Part shown: positions 10,003 to 20,825 of the stretch, piece after piece
Numbering within the stretch: position 1 is the first letter of the stretch
Layout: each line of letters starts with the position of its first letter
Assembly: GCA_023898625.1 (NCBI GenBank)
Contig: CP060231.1
Coordinates: forward strand, 148,258 to 212,257
Reading direction: 5' to 3'
Length of the DNA stretch: 64,000 nt
Origin: Candidatus Nomurabacteria bacterium
GTDB lineage: Bacteria; Patescibacteriota; Saccharimonadia; Saccharimonadales; JAGQNJ01
Program-made: the position numbers and the translations under genes
The notes under the pieces: generated by a model
Seen by the model: only the letters and a program-made list of their open reading frames with translations
The model's database searches: none
What the model was told of the DNA's origin: nothing

Positions 10003-10051
10003 GCAAGCAGTATAACGCTTATACTCTATTTACATCAAGTTATTAAATTAT

Positions 10052-10813
10052 TTATTCAGTAGATCTGGTTAGTATTTCAAATCCATCGTCAGTCACAAGA
10101 ACTGTATCTTCAAAATGCGCAGACAATGAGCCATCACTTGTTGATACAGTCCATCCATCATTTTCAACATAGACTTTTTCATTTCCAAGCATTGCCATTG
10201 GCTCAATAGCTATAGTCATTCCTGAAAGTAGTTCTGGGCCAGTATTCTTTACCCCATAATTTGGGATATTTGGGTTTTCGTGCAATTTATGACCAACGCC
10301 GTGCCCCACATATTCTCTTACTATTCCTAGCTTTGCATCGTCGAGAACATTTTGTATTGCTGAAGATATTGTACCAACTCGAACAGTATTTTTAACAACT
10401 GATATTCCTGATAATAATGCTTGTTCAGTTTTTTCTAATAGAAGTCGCTTTGATGAATTTGTATTTCCTACAACGAAAGTTCTAGCTGCATCAGTAATCA
10501 TGCCCTTGTAATTCACCCCAAAATCAACACTAACAACATCGCCATCATGAAGTATCTTGTTGGGTTTCGGTATACCATGAATTACTTGGTCGTTTACTGA
10601 AACACACATAACGTGCGGAAAGCCATGGTAGTTTAAAAACACAGGTTTTGCATGCTGATGTTCGTTTAGTTTTGATAATGATAAATCAGCAAGATCTTTT
10701 GTCGACATACCGGGTTTTGTGTACTGAACAACAAATTGTATCACATGCTCAAGAATACTACCACTACGTCTAATATTTGAAATCTCTTTAGGTGTTTTAA
10801 TTTTATTATGCAT
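10052..10813 (-). CDS. map: Methionine aminopeptidase type I
   Basis: 253-aa ORF. Metal-ligand blocks DGDVVSVDFG, ITDAARTF, YVGHGVGHKLHE and MTIAIEPM. Confidence 0.95.
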   Translation of the reverse strand: MHNKIKTPKEISNIRRSGSILEHVIQFVVQYTKPGMSTKDLADLSLSKLNEHQHAKPVFLNYHGFPHVMCVSVNDQVIHGIPKPNKILHDGDVVSVDFGVNYKGMITDAARTFVVGNTNSSKRLLLEKTEQALLSGISVVKNTVRVGTISSAIQNVLDDAKLGIVREYVGHGVGHKLHENPNIPNYGVKNTGPELLSGMTIAIEPMAMLGNEKVYVENDGWTVSTSDGSLSAHFEDTVLVTDDGFEILTRSTE

Positions 10814-10819
10814 AAAAAA

Positions 10820-11353
10820 CTAAACCTTTAGTTGCTTGCGAATAGACCGTTGAACAATATCCACCTCTTGATCTGCGGTTATATCATGTATCGGAACACC
10901 TGCATCTTTAAAATGCTCTAAGATAGGTAATATTGAGTTGTTATACTCTTTGAATCGCTCTTCAATTGCAGATTCGGTGTCATCTTGTCGACCTCGCGCC
11001 AGCAAGCGTTTTCGAACAGCTTTTTTATCCGCTTTCAGATTTACGACTGCCGTCAATTTCAGTTGACCATGTTTTGCTTGATTCAACAACCAATCTGCCT
11101 GTGCCACAGTACGCGGAAAGCCATCTAGTATAAACTCATTCTTTGTGTCTACAACATTAAATATTTTTTGAACCAACGAGATTATCTCTTTATCTTCAAT
11201 CAGCTTTCCGGCAAGCATGTCTTTTCGGCGTTCCCCAGAAATAAGCATTCTCAGGAACTCCCCGGTTGAAAGCCAAGGCAAACCTAAATAATCTGCTAGC
11301 ATTTTACCCTGAACACTTTTGCCAGAACCCGCAACTCCGGTAAATATTATCAA
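10820..11353 (-). CDS. adk: Adenylate kinase (short form)
   Basis: 177-aa ORF. P-loop GVAGSGKS, LSTGEFLR and ILDGFPRT motifs. Confidence 0.85.
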   Translation of the reverse strand: MIIFTGVAGSGKSVQGKMLADYLGLPWLSTGEFLRMLISGERRKDMLAGKLIEDKEIISLVQKIFNVVDTKNEFILDGFPRTVAQADWLLNQAKHGQLKLTAVVNLKADKKAVRKRLLARGRQDDTESAIEERFKEYNNSILPILEHFKDAGVPIHDITADQEVDIVQRSIRKQLKV

Positions 11354-11366
11354 AAAACTACCTCCA

Positions 11367-11828
11367 TTATTTGCTACTCAACTGATCTTTAACGATACTA
11401 GCAATCCTTGCGCCATCCGCTCGTCCATCGCTAGATTCTTTAACACTTTTTATAATAACGCCCATATCTTGTATTGAAGCACTGCCATGTTTAGATATTA
11501 TGTTTCTAGTTAATTCGATAAGCTCAGAATCGCTCATCATTTCAGGAAGATATGCTTCAATAACCTTCTTTTCGTCCAACTCTTTTTTTGACCGCTCGAC
11601 AGAGCCTGCCTTAATATATAGATCGGAGGCTTCTTGACGCTTTTTTGCTTCTTTTTGTAAACAGGCAATTACTTCTTGATCGTCTAGCCCAGAATCACGT
11701 TTATTTTGTGCAATCTCTTGATTTAGAATAACGCTCTTTATCATTCGAAGTGTGTCGGCCTTCAGCCGATCACCGGCTAAAAGAGCCTCTTTTAAGTCTT
11801 GATCAATTACCTGTTTCAGGCTCATCAA
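11367..11828 (-). CDS. GatB/YqeY domain protein
   Basis: 153-aa ORF. DLKEALLAGDRLKADTLRMIKS... and ...AYLPEMMSDSELIEL are typical of the YqeY family. Confidence 0.85.
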   Translation of the reverse strand: MMSLKQVIDQDLKEALLAGDRLKADTLRMIKSVILNQEIAQNKRDSGLDDQEVIACLQKEAKKRQEASDLYIKAGSVERSKKELDEKKVIEAYLPEMMSDSELIELTRNIISKHGSASIQDMGVIIKSVKESSDGRADGARIASIVKDQLSSK

Positions 11829-11831
11829 AAA

Positions 11832-12047
11832 CTAACCTAATCTAGTTCGCTTACTGCTACCCTTAATATTTTTACGTTCATTACGAATAATAGCCCTCTG
11901 ACGTCTATCTCGTTTGCTCATTGGTTTTTCAAAATATTGGTTTTGTTTAGCAACAGCTAAAACACCTGATTGCTGTACTTTACGAGTAAACCGGCGCAGT
12001 AAATTTTCGGTCGACTCTTTTGGATCTTTACGTGTTACTTGAATCAT
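11832..12047 (-). CDS. rpsU: 30S ribosomal protein S21
   Basis: 71-aa basic ORF. ...ENLLRRFTRKVQQSGVL...YFEKPMSKRDRRQRAI... matches the S21 pattern. Confidence 0.9.
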   Translation of the reverse strand: MIQVTRKDPKESTENLLRRFTRKVQQSGVLAVAKQNQYFEKPMSKRDRRQRAIIRNERKNIKGSSKRTRLG

Positions 12048-12080
12048 ATCGATGTATTGTACATTAACAGAGTGGAATTA

Positions 12081-12374
12081 TCAAGAATTACTTTTCTTTC
12101 TTGCCTGACTGGCTCTTTGAGACTTCAAAACTATACTCTGAAGCTCTTTAAAAATAATAAAATGCTTATTTGTATAGTAAACTTTTGTGTTACCCTGTTT
12201 CTCGGATATTAGAAAGCCAATTTTCTCTAGTTTTTTCAGCTCTCTCTGAATATTGCCAGCGTCCTCTTTGATTAGCTTTGCAAGCCCACGGACATGAGTT
12301 TTAAAGTCGGGGTACTTGGCGTACACGACTACAATCTTCCTTCTAACTCGTGATGTTATAAACGTATCTAGCAT
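12081..12374 (-). CDS. Small winged-helix (ArsR/MarR-like) DNA-binding protein
   Basis: 97-aa ORF. ...HVRGLAKLIKEDAGNIQRELKKLEKIGFLISEKQGNTKVY... is an HTH-plus-wing pattern. Confidence 0.6.
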   Translation of the reverse strand: MLDTFITSRVRRKIVVVYAKYPDFKTHVRGLAKLIKEDAGNIQRELKKLEKIGFLISEKQGNTKVYYTNKHFIIFKELQSIVLKSQRASQARKKSNS

Positions 12375-12480
12375 AAGCTTCTATATTGTCATTAGAACAA
12401 CGTCGTATACTAGTATATCTAGTTCGTAAAGAATTTCAAGTCTTTATTTGTTTTCTTTATTATCTTCTATAATATTTAGT

Positions 12481-14427
12481 ATGTACTGTTATGAAATATG
12501 GGTTCGAAGCAATAAATACCACAGTAGTCTCCCGTTAACATATACCTCTCCTGTAAAATTATCTGCAGGCACAATAGTTAAGATTGATCTACGCAATCAA
12601 AGTTGCGTGGGCATAATTCGACGTGCGGCACCTGCCCCAAAAGGCGTCGCAATGAAACCCATATCAGACACACTTCTTGATGGCAGTCATCACTTGCCAA
12701 TAGAAAGCCTTAAGTTGCTGAGTTGGCTTCTATTCTATTACCCTTCTGGAAGTGGCCAAATAACTCAACTATTCCTACCGCCCTCGTGGCCCAGAACAGA
12801 AGATATTTACTCTACAAACCCTAAAGAAAATAACCACAAACTAGCCACCCCACCCATCCTAACATCTGAGCAAACAAATATTCTGCAATCAATCCAAACA
12901 AATCCTGGTAGTTTTATTCTCCACGGTGACACTGGAACTGGCAAGACCAGGGTTTACTTAGAGCTAATAAGTAAAACTATCTCTTCGGGTAGATCCTGTA
13001 TGATTTTAGTACCAGAAATTGGTCTTGCTCCGCATTTATACTCAAATTTGGCTCCATACTTAGATACAAATATTCAGATATTACATTCTGGGTTATTGCA
13101 AACCGAGAGACGCAAAACCTGGACCCAAACATTAACAAACCCGAATCCTCAGATTATTATCGGAACACGTTCTGCTTTATTTGCTCCTATGATAAATATT
13201 GGATTGATAGTTGTTGACGAATGTCATGATGACGGATATAAGCAAGAAAATACTCCAAGGTATCACGGACTAAGAGTCGCTTCGAGACTAGCTCAGCTTC
13301 ATGACTCCACTTTAATATTCGGTTCGGCAACTCCTTCAATAAGTGATCTGTATATTGCCCAAGAAAAGAAGATACCGATACTTAGGATGACAAAATTAGC
13401 CAAAAAAAATAATAAAAACAGTAGACTTTTATTAATTAACAGGCGAGATAATAAAGAGTTTACCCAATCGAATTTTTTAAGCAATACATTAATTAATGAA
13501 CTACACAAACAACTTAAAACGGGTCGCCAATCACTACTATTTCTGAATAGAAGAGGTAGCGCCAAAATAGTTGCTTGTACGGAATGTGGATGGAGAAACC
13601 TTTGCTCTTCTTGTGAGTTGCCGTTAACTTTTCATGAAGATAAGTTTATTTTGCGCTGTCATACTTGTGGAAGATCCGAAAAAACACCAACCAGCTGTCC
13701 TGATTGCAACAACACAAATATTATCTACTCAGGCCCCGGCACTAAGAAGGTTGAAAATGAAATACAAAAACTCTTTCCTGGTGCAGTAATTGCTCGCTTC
13801 GACAAAGACAACCTTACTCAAGATAGACTAGATAAAAAGCTGGCACATATACAAAACAATCAAATTGACATCATAATTGGTACCCAGATTCTCATAAAGG
13901 GGTTCGACATACCAAATCTGGGATTAGTCGGAATATTAGATGCAGATAGCTCGCTCTCTTTCCCGGATTTTACAACGGACGAAAAAACCTACCAAATTCT
14001 TACACAAACTATTGGTAGAGTTGGTCGTGGTCATACTGATAGCGTAGCGGTAATCCAAACACTTCAACCCGAAAGTAAACTCTTAGCTCAAGTAATGACA
14101 AAAAACTGGGAACAATTCTACAATCAACAAATTAAAGTTCGGCAAGAGCACAAGTTTCCACCATTTACTTTTCTATTAAAACTTGAATATAGCAAAAAGA
14201 AGTATGAAAACGTCATTAAATCAACCGAAAAACTCAAGACATTACTACTTGATAAATACCCTGGAATAACACTGCTAGGCCCTTCACCAGCTTTTAAAGA
14301 AAAAAGAGGTGGCACATATACCTGGCAATTGATCGTCAAATCATCCCGTCGCTCTATACTTCTACAGATTGTAAAAAGACTACCGAGTGGATGGAAGTAT
14401 GATATCGATCCAACACATTTGTTATAA
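12481..14427 (+). CDS. priA: Primosomal protein N' (replication restart helicase PriA)
   Basis: Walker A GDTGTGKT, DECHD box and Cys-rich zinc insertion CTECGW...CSSCELPL...CHTCG...CPDC. Start moved to the internal ATG (MYCYEIWV...) of ORF 12448..14427. Confidence 0.9.
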   Translation: MYCYEIWVRSNKYHSSLPLTYTSPVKLSAGTIVKIDLRNQSCVGIIRRAAPAPKGVAMKPISDTLLDGSHHLPIESLKLLSWLLFYYPSGSGQITQLFLPPSWPRTEDIYSTNPKENNHKLATPPILTSEQTNILQSIQTNPGSFILHGDTGTGKTRVYLELISKTISSGRSCMILVPEIGLAPHLYSNLAPYLDTNIQILHSGLLQTERRKTWTQTLTNPNPQIIIGTRSALFAPMINIGLIVVDECHDDGYKQENTPRYHGLRVASRLAQLHDSTLIFGSATPSISDLYIAQEKKIPILRMTKLAKKNNKNSRLLLINRRDNKEFTQSNFLSNTLINELHKQLKTGRQSLLFLNRRGSAKIVACTECGWRNLCSSCELPLTFHEDKFILRCHTCGRSEKTPTSCPDCNNTNIIYSGPGTKKVENEIQKLFPGAVIARFDKDNLTQDRLDKKLAHIQNNQIDIIIGTQILIKGFDIPNLGLVGILDADSSLSFPDFTTDEKTYQILTQTIGRVGRGHTDSVAVIQTLQPESKLLAQVMTKNWEQFYNQQIKVRQEHKFPPFTFLLKLEYSKKKYENVIKSTEKLKTLLLDKYPGITLLGPSPAFKEKRGGTYTWQLIVKSSRRSILLQIVKRLPSGWKYDIDPTHLL

Positions 14428-14456
14428 ATTAGACTTCTAAGATATAATTTACAGAT

Positions 14457-15026
14457 ATGAGCAGTAAGTTAATTACATTACCGAATAAACATCTCAGGCA
14501 GAGGTCAAAAAAAGTAGGCATTATTGATGATTCAATAAAACAGATTATTGAAGACATGAAGAAAGCTACCCTAGATTGGGAAGATTCACGCGAGCACGAG
14601 GTTGGTGTTGCACTTGCGGGAGTTCAGATAGACCAATTATTACGAATTGTGATCATACGAGAGAATATTGATCAAAAACAAAACAAGAATTTTATTGTAT
14701 TCATTAACCCTGAAATAACTAAATATGAAGGTGAAATACTTGAAGACTATGAAGGTTGCCTGAGTATTAAAGATATTTACGGTAAAGTACCAAGATATAG
14801 CAAAGTAAAAGTTAAAGCACTCGACCAAAATGGAAAGCAATTTAGAGTTACGGCTGAAGGTTTCTTGGCACGAATTTTTCAGCATGAGATTGATCACACC
14901 AAAGGTATAGTCTTTATCGATCATATTAAGGACGATCCAGATGCATTCTATCGACTTGAAAATAATGGCAACTTAAAACAACTTAACTACACAAATGAAA
15001 TCCAGTCCAATAGTATTCTTTGGTAG
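14457..15026 (+). CDS. def: Peptide deformylase
   Basis: 189-aa ORF with GVALAGVQI, EGCLS and QHEIDH motifs. Confidence 0.93.
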   Translation: MSSKLITLPNKHLRQRSKKVGIIDDSIKQIIEDMKKATLDWEDSREHEVGVALAGVQIDQLLRIVIIRENIDQKQNKNFIVFINPEITKYEGEILEDYEGCLSIKDIYGKVPRYSKVKVKALDQNGKQFRVTAEGFLARIFQHEIDHTKGIVFIDHIKDDPDAFYRLENNGNLKQLNYTNEIQSNSILW

Positions 15027-15915
15027 TGGGCCTGTTGCGGGCAAGTCTTTGGAGTTCCTTGCTAATCATTTCAATATACACACTGTTATAACTAAACCCA
15101 GGCCCCCCCATCATAAAGGGGACGTTCCAGTTATTAGAATAGCTGAGTCCAAAAAAATACCAATAATTACCGTTAATAATCGGCAGGATTTAGATCTGCT
15201 AATCAAACAAAAATTAATCCCGAATGAGTTAGGAATACTGATAGATTTTGGTATTATTATTTCCCAAGAAGTAATCAGTTATTTTCATAAAGGAATTGTT
15301 AACAGCCACTTCTCTCTTTTGCCTGAATGGCGAGGTGCTGACCCAATTTCTTTTGCTATATTAAATGGCGACAAGAAAACAGGTGTAAGCCTTATGTTAA
15401 TTGATGAAGGAATGGATACGGGCAAACTATTGACTCAAAGGACATTCCATATACCTCCAAACATGACTACACCAGAATTAACGGAAAGCCTTATCGAGCT
15501 CAGTAATGAACTTCTTCTCCAGGCAATTCCAAAATACCTCATGAATCTGATAACCCCCAAGCGACAACCCCATCCAGACAGAGCCACATACTCACGAAAA
15601 CTTAGTAAAAACGACAGTATTATTGACTGGAATAAATCAGCAAACGCACTACATAATGAGATAAGAGCGTATTCAGGCTGGCCTGGTAGTAAGACCACTA
15701 TATTTAACAAAGATGTAATCCTTATCAAGACAAATATAATTCAAAAAGTATCGGATCAGCCAGGAACAATAAAGGTCGACAAGAAACAAGGTCAACTTAT
15801 GGTTCATACTGGTCATAATATTCTTGATATCTTATATCTAAAACCAGTTGGCAAACGTACAATGACTGCAAAAGAATTCATTGCGGGCTACTATACTAAA
15901 AAAATGACATCGTAG
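14995..15915 (+). CDS. fmt: Methionyl-tRNA formyltransferase
   Basis: 306-aa ORF. ...NSHFSLLPEWRGADPI... is the formyltransferase core. Overlaps def by 32 nt. Confidence 0.93.
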   Translation: MKSSPIVFFGSGPVAGKSLEFLANHFNIHTVITKPRPPHHKGDVPVIRIAESKKIPIITVNNRQDLDLLIKQKLIPNELGILIDFGIIISQEVISYFHKGIVNSHFSLLPEWRGADPISFAILNGDKKTGVSLMLIDEGMDTGKLLTQRTFHIPPNMTTPELTESLIELSNELLLQAIPKYLMNLITPKRQPHPDRATYSRKLSKNDSIIDWNKSANALHNEIRAYSGWPGSKTTIFNKDVILIKTNIIQKVSDQPGTIKVDKKQGQLMVHTGHNILDILYLKPVGKRTMTAKEFIAGYYTKKMTS

Positions 15916-15918
15916 TAA

Positions 15919-16278
15919 TTACTGAATTTGCGTTGTATTATCCTGACTAGCAGATAGTATTTGAGGAGCTGCTTGTTTAATCTCGTTTTTTAGACCTTCT
16001 AACTCATCCGCCACAACTTGTTTATAGTTAGGAAAGTTTGTTTCAAGCCAAGAAAATGCACTTCTTTCTTTATTCTGCTTTTCTTCTGTCGAATCTTCTT
16101 GACGTGGCATAAGTTGCTCAAACTCTGCTAGCTGATCGCTACTCATACGTTCAGCAAGCTTCATGCCAACCCTCAACTCTAACGTTTCATAAATATGATG
16201 TAGCATCATGTTTTTTTCAGCAACTGGCAATGTCCCCAAACCCAGTTCTTCAAGAAGTTGATTATTTAATTTAAACAT
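15919..16278 (-). CDS. Hypothetical small acidic protein
   Basis: 119-aa ORF with good codon continuity and no motif I can name. Confidence 0.5.
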   Translation of the reverse strand: MFKLNNQLLEELGLGTLPVAEKNMMLHHIYETLELRVGMKLAERMSSDQLAEFEQLMPRQEDSTEEKQNKERSAFSWLETNFPNYKQVVADELEGLKNEIKQAAPQILSASQDNTTQIQ

Positions 16279-16316
16279 ATCTCCTCATTTCTATCCTTAT
16301 TGTATCAATAATATTA

Positions 16317-17918
16317 CTAATTTAACAAACTCCAAATAAACGCAACAAGTCCTAACGATACTAGCATTATAATACCAGTATTGATGCCGGTTTTGATCGC
16401 CTTTCTATATTCATCTGTAGCATTTCGAGATTCTTGATGGCGACGTTCAAGTAAAGAAATCTTATTATCTAAACTCTTAATTTTTGTTACTTGATGATGA
16501 TGATCATCACCGTAACTACTTGATTTTGATCCTTCTAAACCGATCCCAGGCTCGTCGTGAGTCTTTATATGCATTACTGTCTGAAATTTTTCATCGCTAT
16601 CTTTAGCTTCTATTTTTCTATGTAACATACTGTCGCTATCCATCGCTTCATTTGACACCAAATACTCACTGAGATTCTGGTAGGTAGTTGGCGTATTTAT
16701 CGCTATTTCAGGCTTGTTTTCATTATTTATCCTTTTATACCGATCATTGTACCTCTGCTCTCTTTCTGAGTATCTACTATCATTACCTACTGTTTGTCTG
16801 TCATGAGCTCGTTTGCCATACACTTCATCTTTCGCTTCTTTGTATATATTTGACCCATCAGGACTTTGTGAGCCTATATTGTATTTAGTTGCAAAAATTG
16901 CGCCAGATTTTTCTGAATTGTTTTTGTTATTGATTTTTTGTGGTACTTCTCTTGGCGAATAAAGCTCTCTCTTTCCCATAGCCAATAATTCAGCATCCTG
17001 GCTTATTTCTTGTTTTTGTAAATTTTCTAATTTTTTTTGATGAGATTCCTGTTTTGAATGCAAATCATCAATGCGCTTTCTTAGCTTTCGTGTCTGCCTT
17101 TTTAATCTTCTTCTACTCTCTCGTTCTTTTTGCAGTGAGTCCTTATCGGCATAGTCTTTATTATGCGCTACACCTCTAGAAATAGGCTCCTCTCTTGTAC
17201 TATTTTTTTCATATCCGGTGTGATGTATATCCTGAGGAACTTGTTGGTCATCCATGACATCTCTTGTAGTATCGTATAAACTAACCTCTTCTTGATTATG
17301 TTGAGTATGTATTTCGTCATCCGTCACCCTTAATGCTGTTGGGCGTGGTTCATAGGCATCTAGGTCAGATAATTGCGATACATCGGCAATATTGTCAAAA
17401 TCACTTTGTCCTTCAACAAAAACATCGTTCGAGTCGCGAGATCTAACGTCGGGTATTGTTGTTTGATCTAAAACTTTATCATGTAGCTCTAGTACCGTGC
17501 CTACTTCGTCTTTTTCTGTGCCGTATTCTCTTCTCGGGTCATCTTCTGTTCCTGTGTAGTTACCACCATTAATTACTGTATCGTCGACATTAACTACCTC
17601 TGTAGTATTAACAAGCGGGATATTGAATGAATTAACGTGTGTTTCTTCAGCGTATTCTTGACTCCCCTTCTCGCCTTCATTACTGTCTCTATCGACCCCA
17701 ATTAACCTACCAAATAGAGAGCTAAATGATTCGACAAAACTTTTTTGATTTTCGTCAGGCTCATCAGATTCACGACTAAATAGCTTCTTCCATATTTCAC
17801 TAACTTTACTTTTTTTCTTTTTATCAGAAGATATCTCTAGGTCTGATTCATTAGTTGAATCGTAACCTTGTTCATCAAACTCTGATTCCGCTACTCCGAA
17901 TGGTGATTTGTTCTCCAT
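16317..17918 (-). CDS. Hypothetical highly charged, low-complexity protein with a single C-terminal transmembrane helix
   Basis: 533-aa ORF rich in D/E/K/S/N, with a coiled-coil-like RRRLKRQTRKLRKRIDDLHSKQESHQKKLENLQKQE segment. Ends GINTGIIMLVSLGLVAFIWSLLN (tail anchor). Confidence 0.55.
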   Translation of the reverse strand: MENKSPFGVAESEFDEQGYDSTNESDLEISSDKKKKSKVSEIWKKLFSRESDEPDENQKSFVESFSSLFGRLIGVDRDSNEGEKGSQEYAEETHVNSFNIPLVNTTEVVNVDDTVINGGNYTGTEDDPRREYGTEKDEVGTVLELHDKVLDQTTIPDVRSRDSNDVFVEGQSDFDNIADVSQLSDLDAYEPRPTALRVTDDEIHTQHNQEEVSLYDTTRDVMDDQQVPQDIHHTGYEKNSTREEPISRGVAHNKDYADKDSLQKERESRRRLKRQTRKLRKRIDDLHSKQESHQKKLENLQKQEISQDAELLAMGKRELYSPREVPQKINNKNNSEKSGAIFATKYNIGSQSPDGSNIYKEAKDEVYGKRAHDRQTVGNDSRYSEREQRYNDRYKRINNENKPEIAINTPTTYQNLSEYLVSNEAMDSDSMLHRKIEAKDSDEKFQTVMHIKTHDEPGIGLEGSKSSSYGDDHHHQVTKIKSLDNKISLLERRHQESRNATDEYRKAIKTGINTGIIMLVSLGLVAFIWSLLN

Positions 17919-17948
17919 AACAATAACACCTTCTGTCCTCTAACCCAC

Positions 17949-19718
17949 CTAGAGCGAACGAGCCACCTCTTCTCTTGTATAAACTTCAATCCGGTCGCCT
18001 TCCTTGATGTCAATTTTTGATGATATCTGAAGATGGACGCCACACATTTCGCCTTCTTGAACCTCTTTCGTATCAGTGGGTCCACGTTTTAGCCCAATAA
18101 CTGTCGCATCTGCAAACTTCTCCCCATCTCTGATAATCCTAGCTAAAGCTGGAGCAACCAACTTACCTTTTGTAACTTCACCCCCCACAATGAGATCACT
18201 TTTTGTAGTCTTAAATATACCCTTAACAACTAATCTACCCATGTCGGTTTCTTTCACTTCCGGAGCAAGACGCAACGTTAGCTCATGCTTTACGTCATCA
18301 AGCAGTTCATAAATCACCTTATAAATACGAACATCGACTTTATCTCTAATAGCGACCTGTCGTAAACCCTTAGAAAGCTCGATATTAAAACCGTAAATAA
18401 CAGCATTACTGGTCATTGCTAGCTGTAAATCGTTCTCAAAAATATTGCCAACACCACTGCCAACAATCCGTACTCCAACTTCTTCATTGTTTAATGTCTT
18501 GAGACTGTCAATGACCGAAGTTAACGATCCTTGTACGTCGGCTTTAACAATGACATTAAATTCTGATAGTTCTGTATTCCGATTAATTATGTGCAATAAC
18601 TGACTACTTGTTGTGATATTCGATTTGGAAGTATTTGTTGATTGCCTAATTCTAGCCTCGACGATTTTCTTCGCCTCTTTGTCATTTGCCACAGCCATAA
18701 ACTCTTGTCCAAACTCTGGTAATTCTCTAAATCCGGTTAATATTACGGGTGTTGATGGACCAGCTTCGGTGATAGGTGAGCCGAGTGTAGTTTCAAGATT
18801 TCGAATTTTTCCATATGTTTGACCCACAACAACCACTGAACCGTTCTTGAGTGTGCCTGTTTCTACCAAGGCAATAGCCACCGCACCCCTACCTTTCTCC
18901 ATGTGAGATTCAATAATTAAACCCTTGGCGGGTGTATCTACATCGGCCTTAAGCTCTTCGACATCAGCAACTAATAATGTCATGTCTAATAATTCCTTAA
19001 CTCCTTGCTGAGTTTTAGCCGAAACTGGAAGAATAATAGCATCACCACCCCAATCTTCTGGTATGATATTTTGTTCTGCTAACTGTTGCTTTACTCGATC
19101 TATATTTGCTTCAGGCTTGTCGGCTTTATTAATGGCAAAGATCATTTTAACGTTAGCTTTATTGGCAAATCTAATAGCTTCCAAGGTTTGTGGTTTTATT
19201 CCATCATCAGCGGCCACCACAATAATAGCCAAATCTGTAAGTTGTGCGCCATGCTCCCTAAGAGCCGTAAACGCTTCGTGCCCAGGTGTATCCAAAAAGG
19301 TTATTTTACGATCGCCATGAGATATTTGATATGCAGATATGTGCTGTGTTATTCCTCCTGCTTCTTGCTTGGCAACACCCGCACCACGTATTGCATCCAA
19401 TAACGATGTCTTTCCATGATCAACATGACCCATAACCGCAACCACAGGAGCTCTCAGAGATGCGTTATCACTTATTTCATGCTGTCTCTTTTTAGGTACA
19501 GTAGTTGACTCGTCTTGTTTTCTGACCAACTCAATATCTGTTAGCTTTAATTCTTCAGTAATTATTTGAGCCGTATCAAAGTCAATACGCTCATTAACGG
19601 TCACCATAATACCGTTCTTCATGAGTTCGCCAATCAATTTCGTGACTGGAATCATAAGCTTATCGGCAAGATCGCCAACTGTAACCATGCCTTCTATTTC
19701 AATCTTCGCACGTGGCAT
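17949..19718 (-). CDS. infB: Translation initiation factor IF-2 (short N-terminus)
   Basis: 589-aa ORF. GTPase motifs GHVDHGKTSLLD, DTPGH and NKAD. C-terminal IF2 domains. Confidence 0.95.
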   Translation of the reverse strand: MPRAKIEIEGMVTVGDLADKLMIPVTKLIGELMKNGIMVTVNERIDFDTAQIITEELKLTDIELVRKQDESTTVPKKRQHEISDNASLRAPVVAVMGHVDHGKTSLLDAIRGAGVAKQEAGGITQHISAYQISHGDRKITFLDTPGHEAFTALREHGAQLTDLAIIVVAADDGIKPQTLEAIRFANKANVKMIFAINKADKPEANIDRVKQQLAEQNIIPEDWGGDAIILPVSAKTQQGVKELLDMTLLVADVEELKADVDTPAKGLIIESHMEKGRGAVAIALVETGTLKNGSVVVVGQTYGKIRNLETTLGSPITEAGPSTPVILTGFRELPEFGQEFMAVANDKEAKKIVEARIRQSTNTSKSNITTSSQLLHIINRNTELSEFNVIVKADVQGSLTSVIDSLKTLNNEEVGVRIVGSGVGNIFENDLQLAMTSNAVIYGFNIELSKGLRQVAIRDKVDVRIYKVIYELLDDVKHELTLRLAPEVKETDMGRLVVKGIFKTTKSDLIVGGEVTKGKLVAPALARIIRDGEKFADATVIGLKRGPTDTKEVQEGEMCGVHLQISSKIDIKEGDRIEVYTREEVARSL

Positions 19719-19751
19719 ACTTGCTCCTTTCTTACGATTAATCTACATGTT

Positions 19752-20825
19752 TTATTTAGATGATTTTTTACTATCTTTTAAGCTCAAAGCAATCTTACGT
19801 CCTTCTGTATCAACATCAATTACTTTAAATTGCTTCTTTTCGTTTAACTGGAATAACTTCTCTGGATCAATACTGTCGTCATCTCCCATTTCTGAGACAT
19901 GAACAAGTGCCTCAACAGATGGGCTTAATTGCACAAAAGCACCAAATGGTGTTATTCGGGTAATCTTACCTTCTACTACATCATTCTTCTTGAATGTTTT
20001 AACTTCCTTTAACCAAGGATCTTCAGTAGTCTGCTTAAGACTTAGACTTAGCCTATCCTTATCGATACCAATTATTTTAGCAGTGATCACTTGTCCAGTT
20101 TTCACATAATCTTTCGGATTCTCGACCCGTTCCCAAGAAATCTCTGAAATATGGATCAATCCTTCTATGCCGTCAACGTTAACAAAGGCCCCGAAATCAA
20201 TGACCCCCGTAATGACACCTTCTATTGTGTCTCCAACCTTGAGTTTAGAAAACCTATTCTGAAGCTCATCGCGTACCGCCTCTTTCTCGGAAACGATCAA
20301 TTTATTATCTTTCTTGCTGACATCTAGTACTCGAACTTTTATAGGCTTGTCCTTTAACGAATTAAGCTTCTGTAAAATCTCATCTTTATCAGCACCCGAA
20401 ACACGAGGATAATGGCCAGCGGCTAATTGACTTACGGGCAAGAAACCTCGAATGCCTTCTACCTCGATCAGTAGACCTCCCCGATTCGCATCATATGGAT
20501 AAACATCGATTATCTCTTGTGATTCTTGTAGACGCTTTAGTTCATCCCAGCCTCTGTCTTTAGCTGCGCGTCGCATACTTAACAAAACATAGCCTTCATC
20601 AAGCTCTGGCTCTAATACACTAACCGTAACCTTGCTACCGACCTCGAGCTTTTGGGCGCCACTTATCTCGCGACGAAAGACGACACCCACACCATTAGCG
20701 CCAAGATCTATCCAGACCTCTTGCTTCTTGATATCGGTTACTACGCCGTCTATGACGTCACCTGTTTTTAATTGTTTGATTGTTGATGACTCTAATAGTT
20801 CATCCATTGTTATGGCTTTAGACAC
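19752..20825 (-). CDS. rpsA: 30S ribosomal protein S1 (four S1 domains)
   Basis: 357-aa ORF with repeated S1-domain pattern (G.V..G.V..I...GAFV.L....G..H.SE). Confidence 0.9.
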   Translation of the reverse strand: MSKAITMDELLESSTIKQLKTGDVIDGVVTDIKKQEVWIDLGANGVGVVFRREISGAQKLEVGSKVTVSVLEPELDEGYVLLSMRRAAKDRGWDELKRLQESQEIIDVYPYDANRGGLLIEVEGIRGFLPVSQLAAGHYPRVSGADKDEILQKLNSLKDKPIKVRVLDVSKKDNKLIVSEKEAVRDELQNRFSKLKVGDTIEGVITGVIDFGAFVNVDGIEGLIHISEISWERVENPKDYVKTGQVITAKIIGIDKDRLSLSLKQTTEDPWLKEVKTFKKNDVVEGKITRITPFGAFVQLSPSVEALVHVSEMGDDDSIDPEKLFQLNEKKQFKVIDVDTEGRKIALSLKDSKKSSK

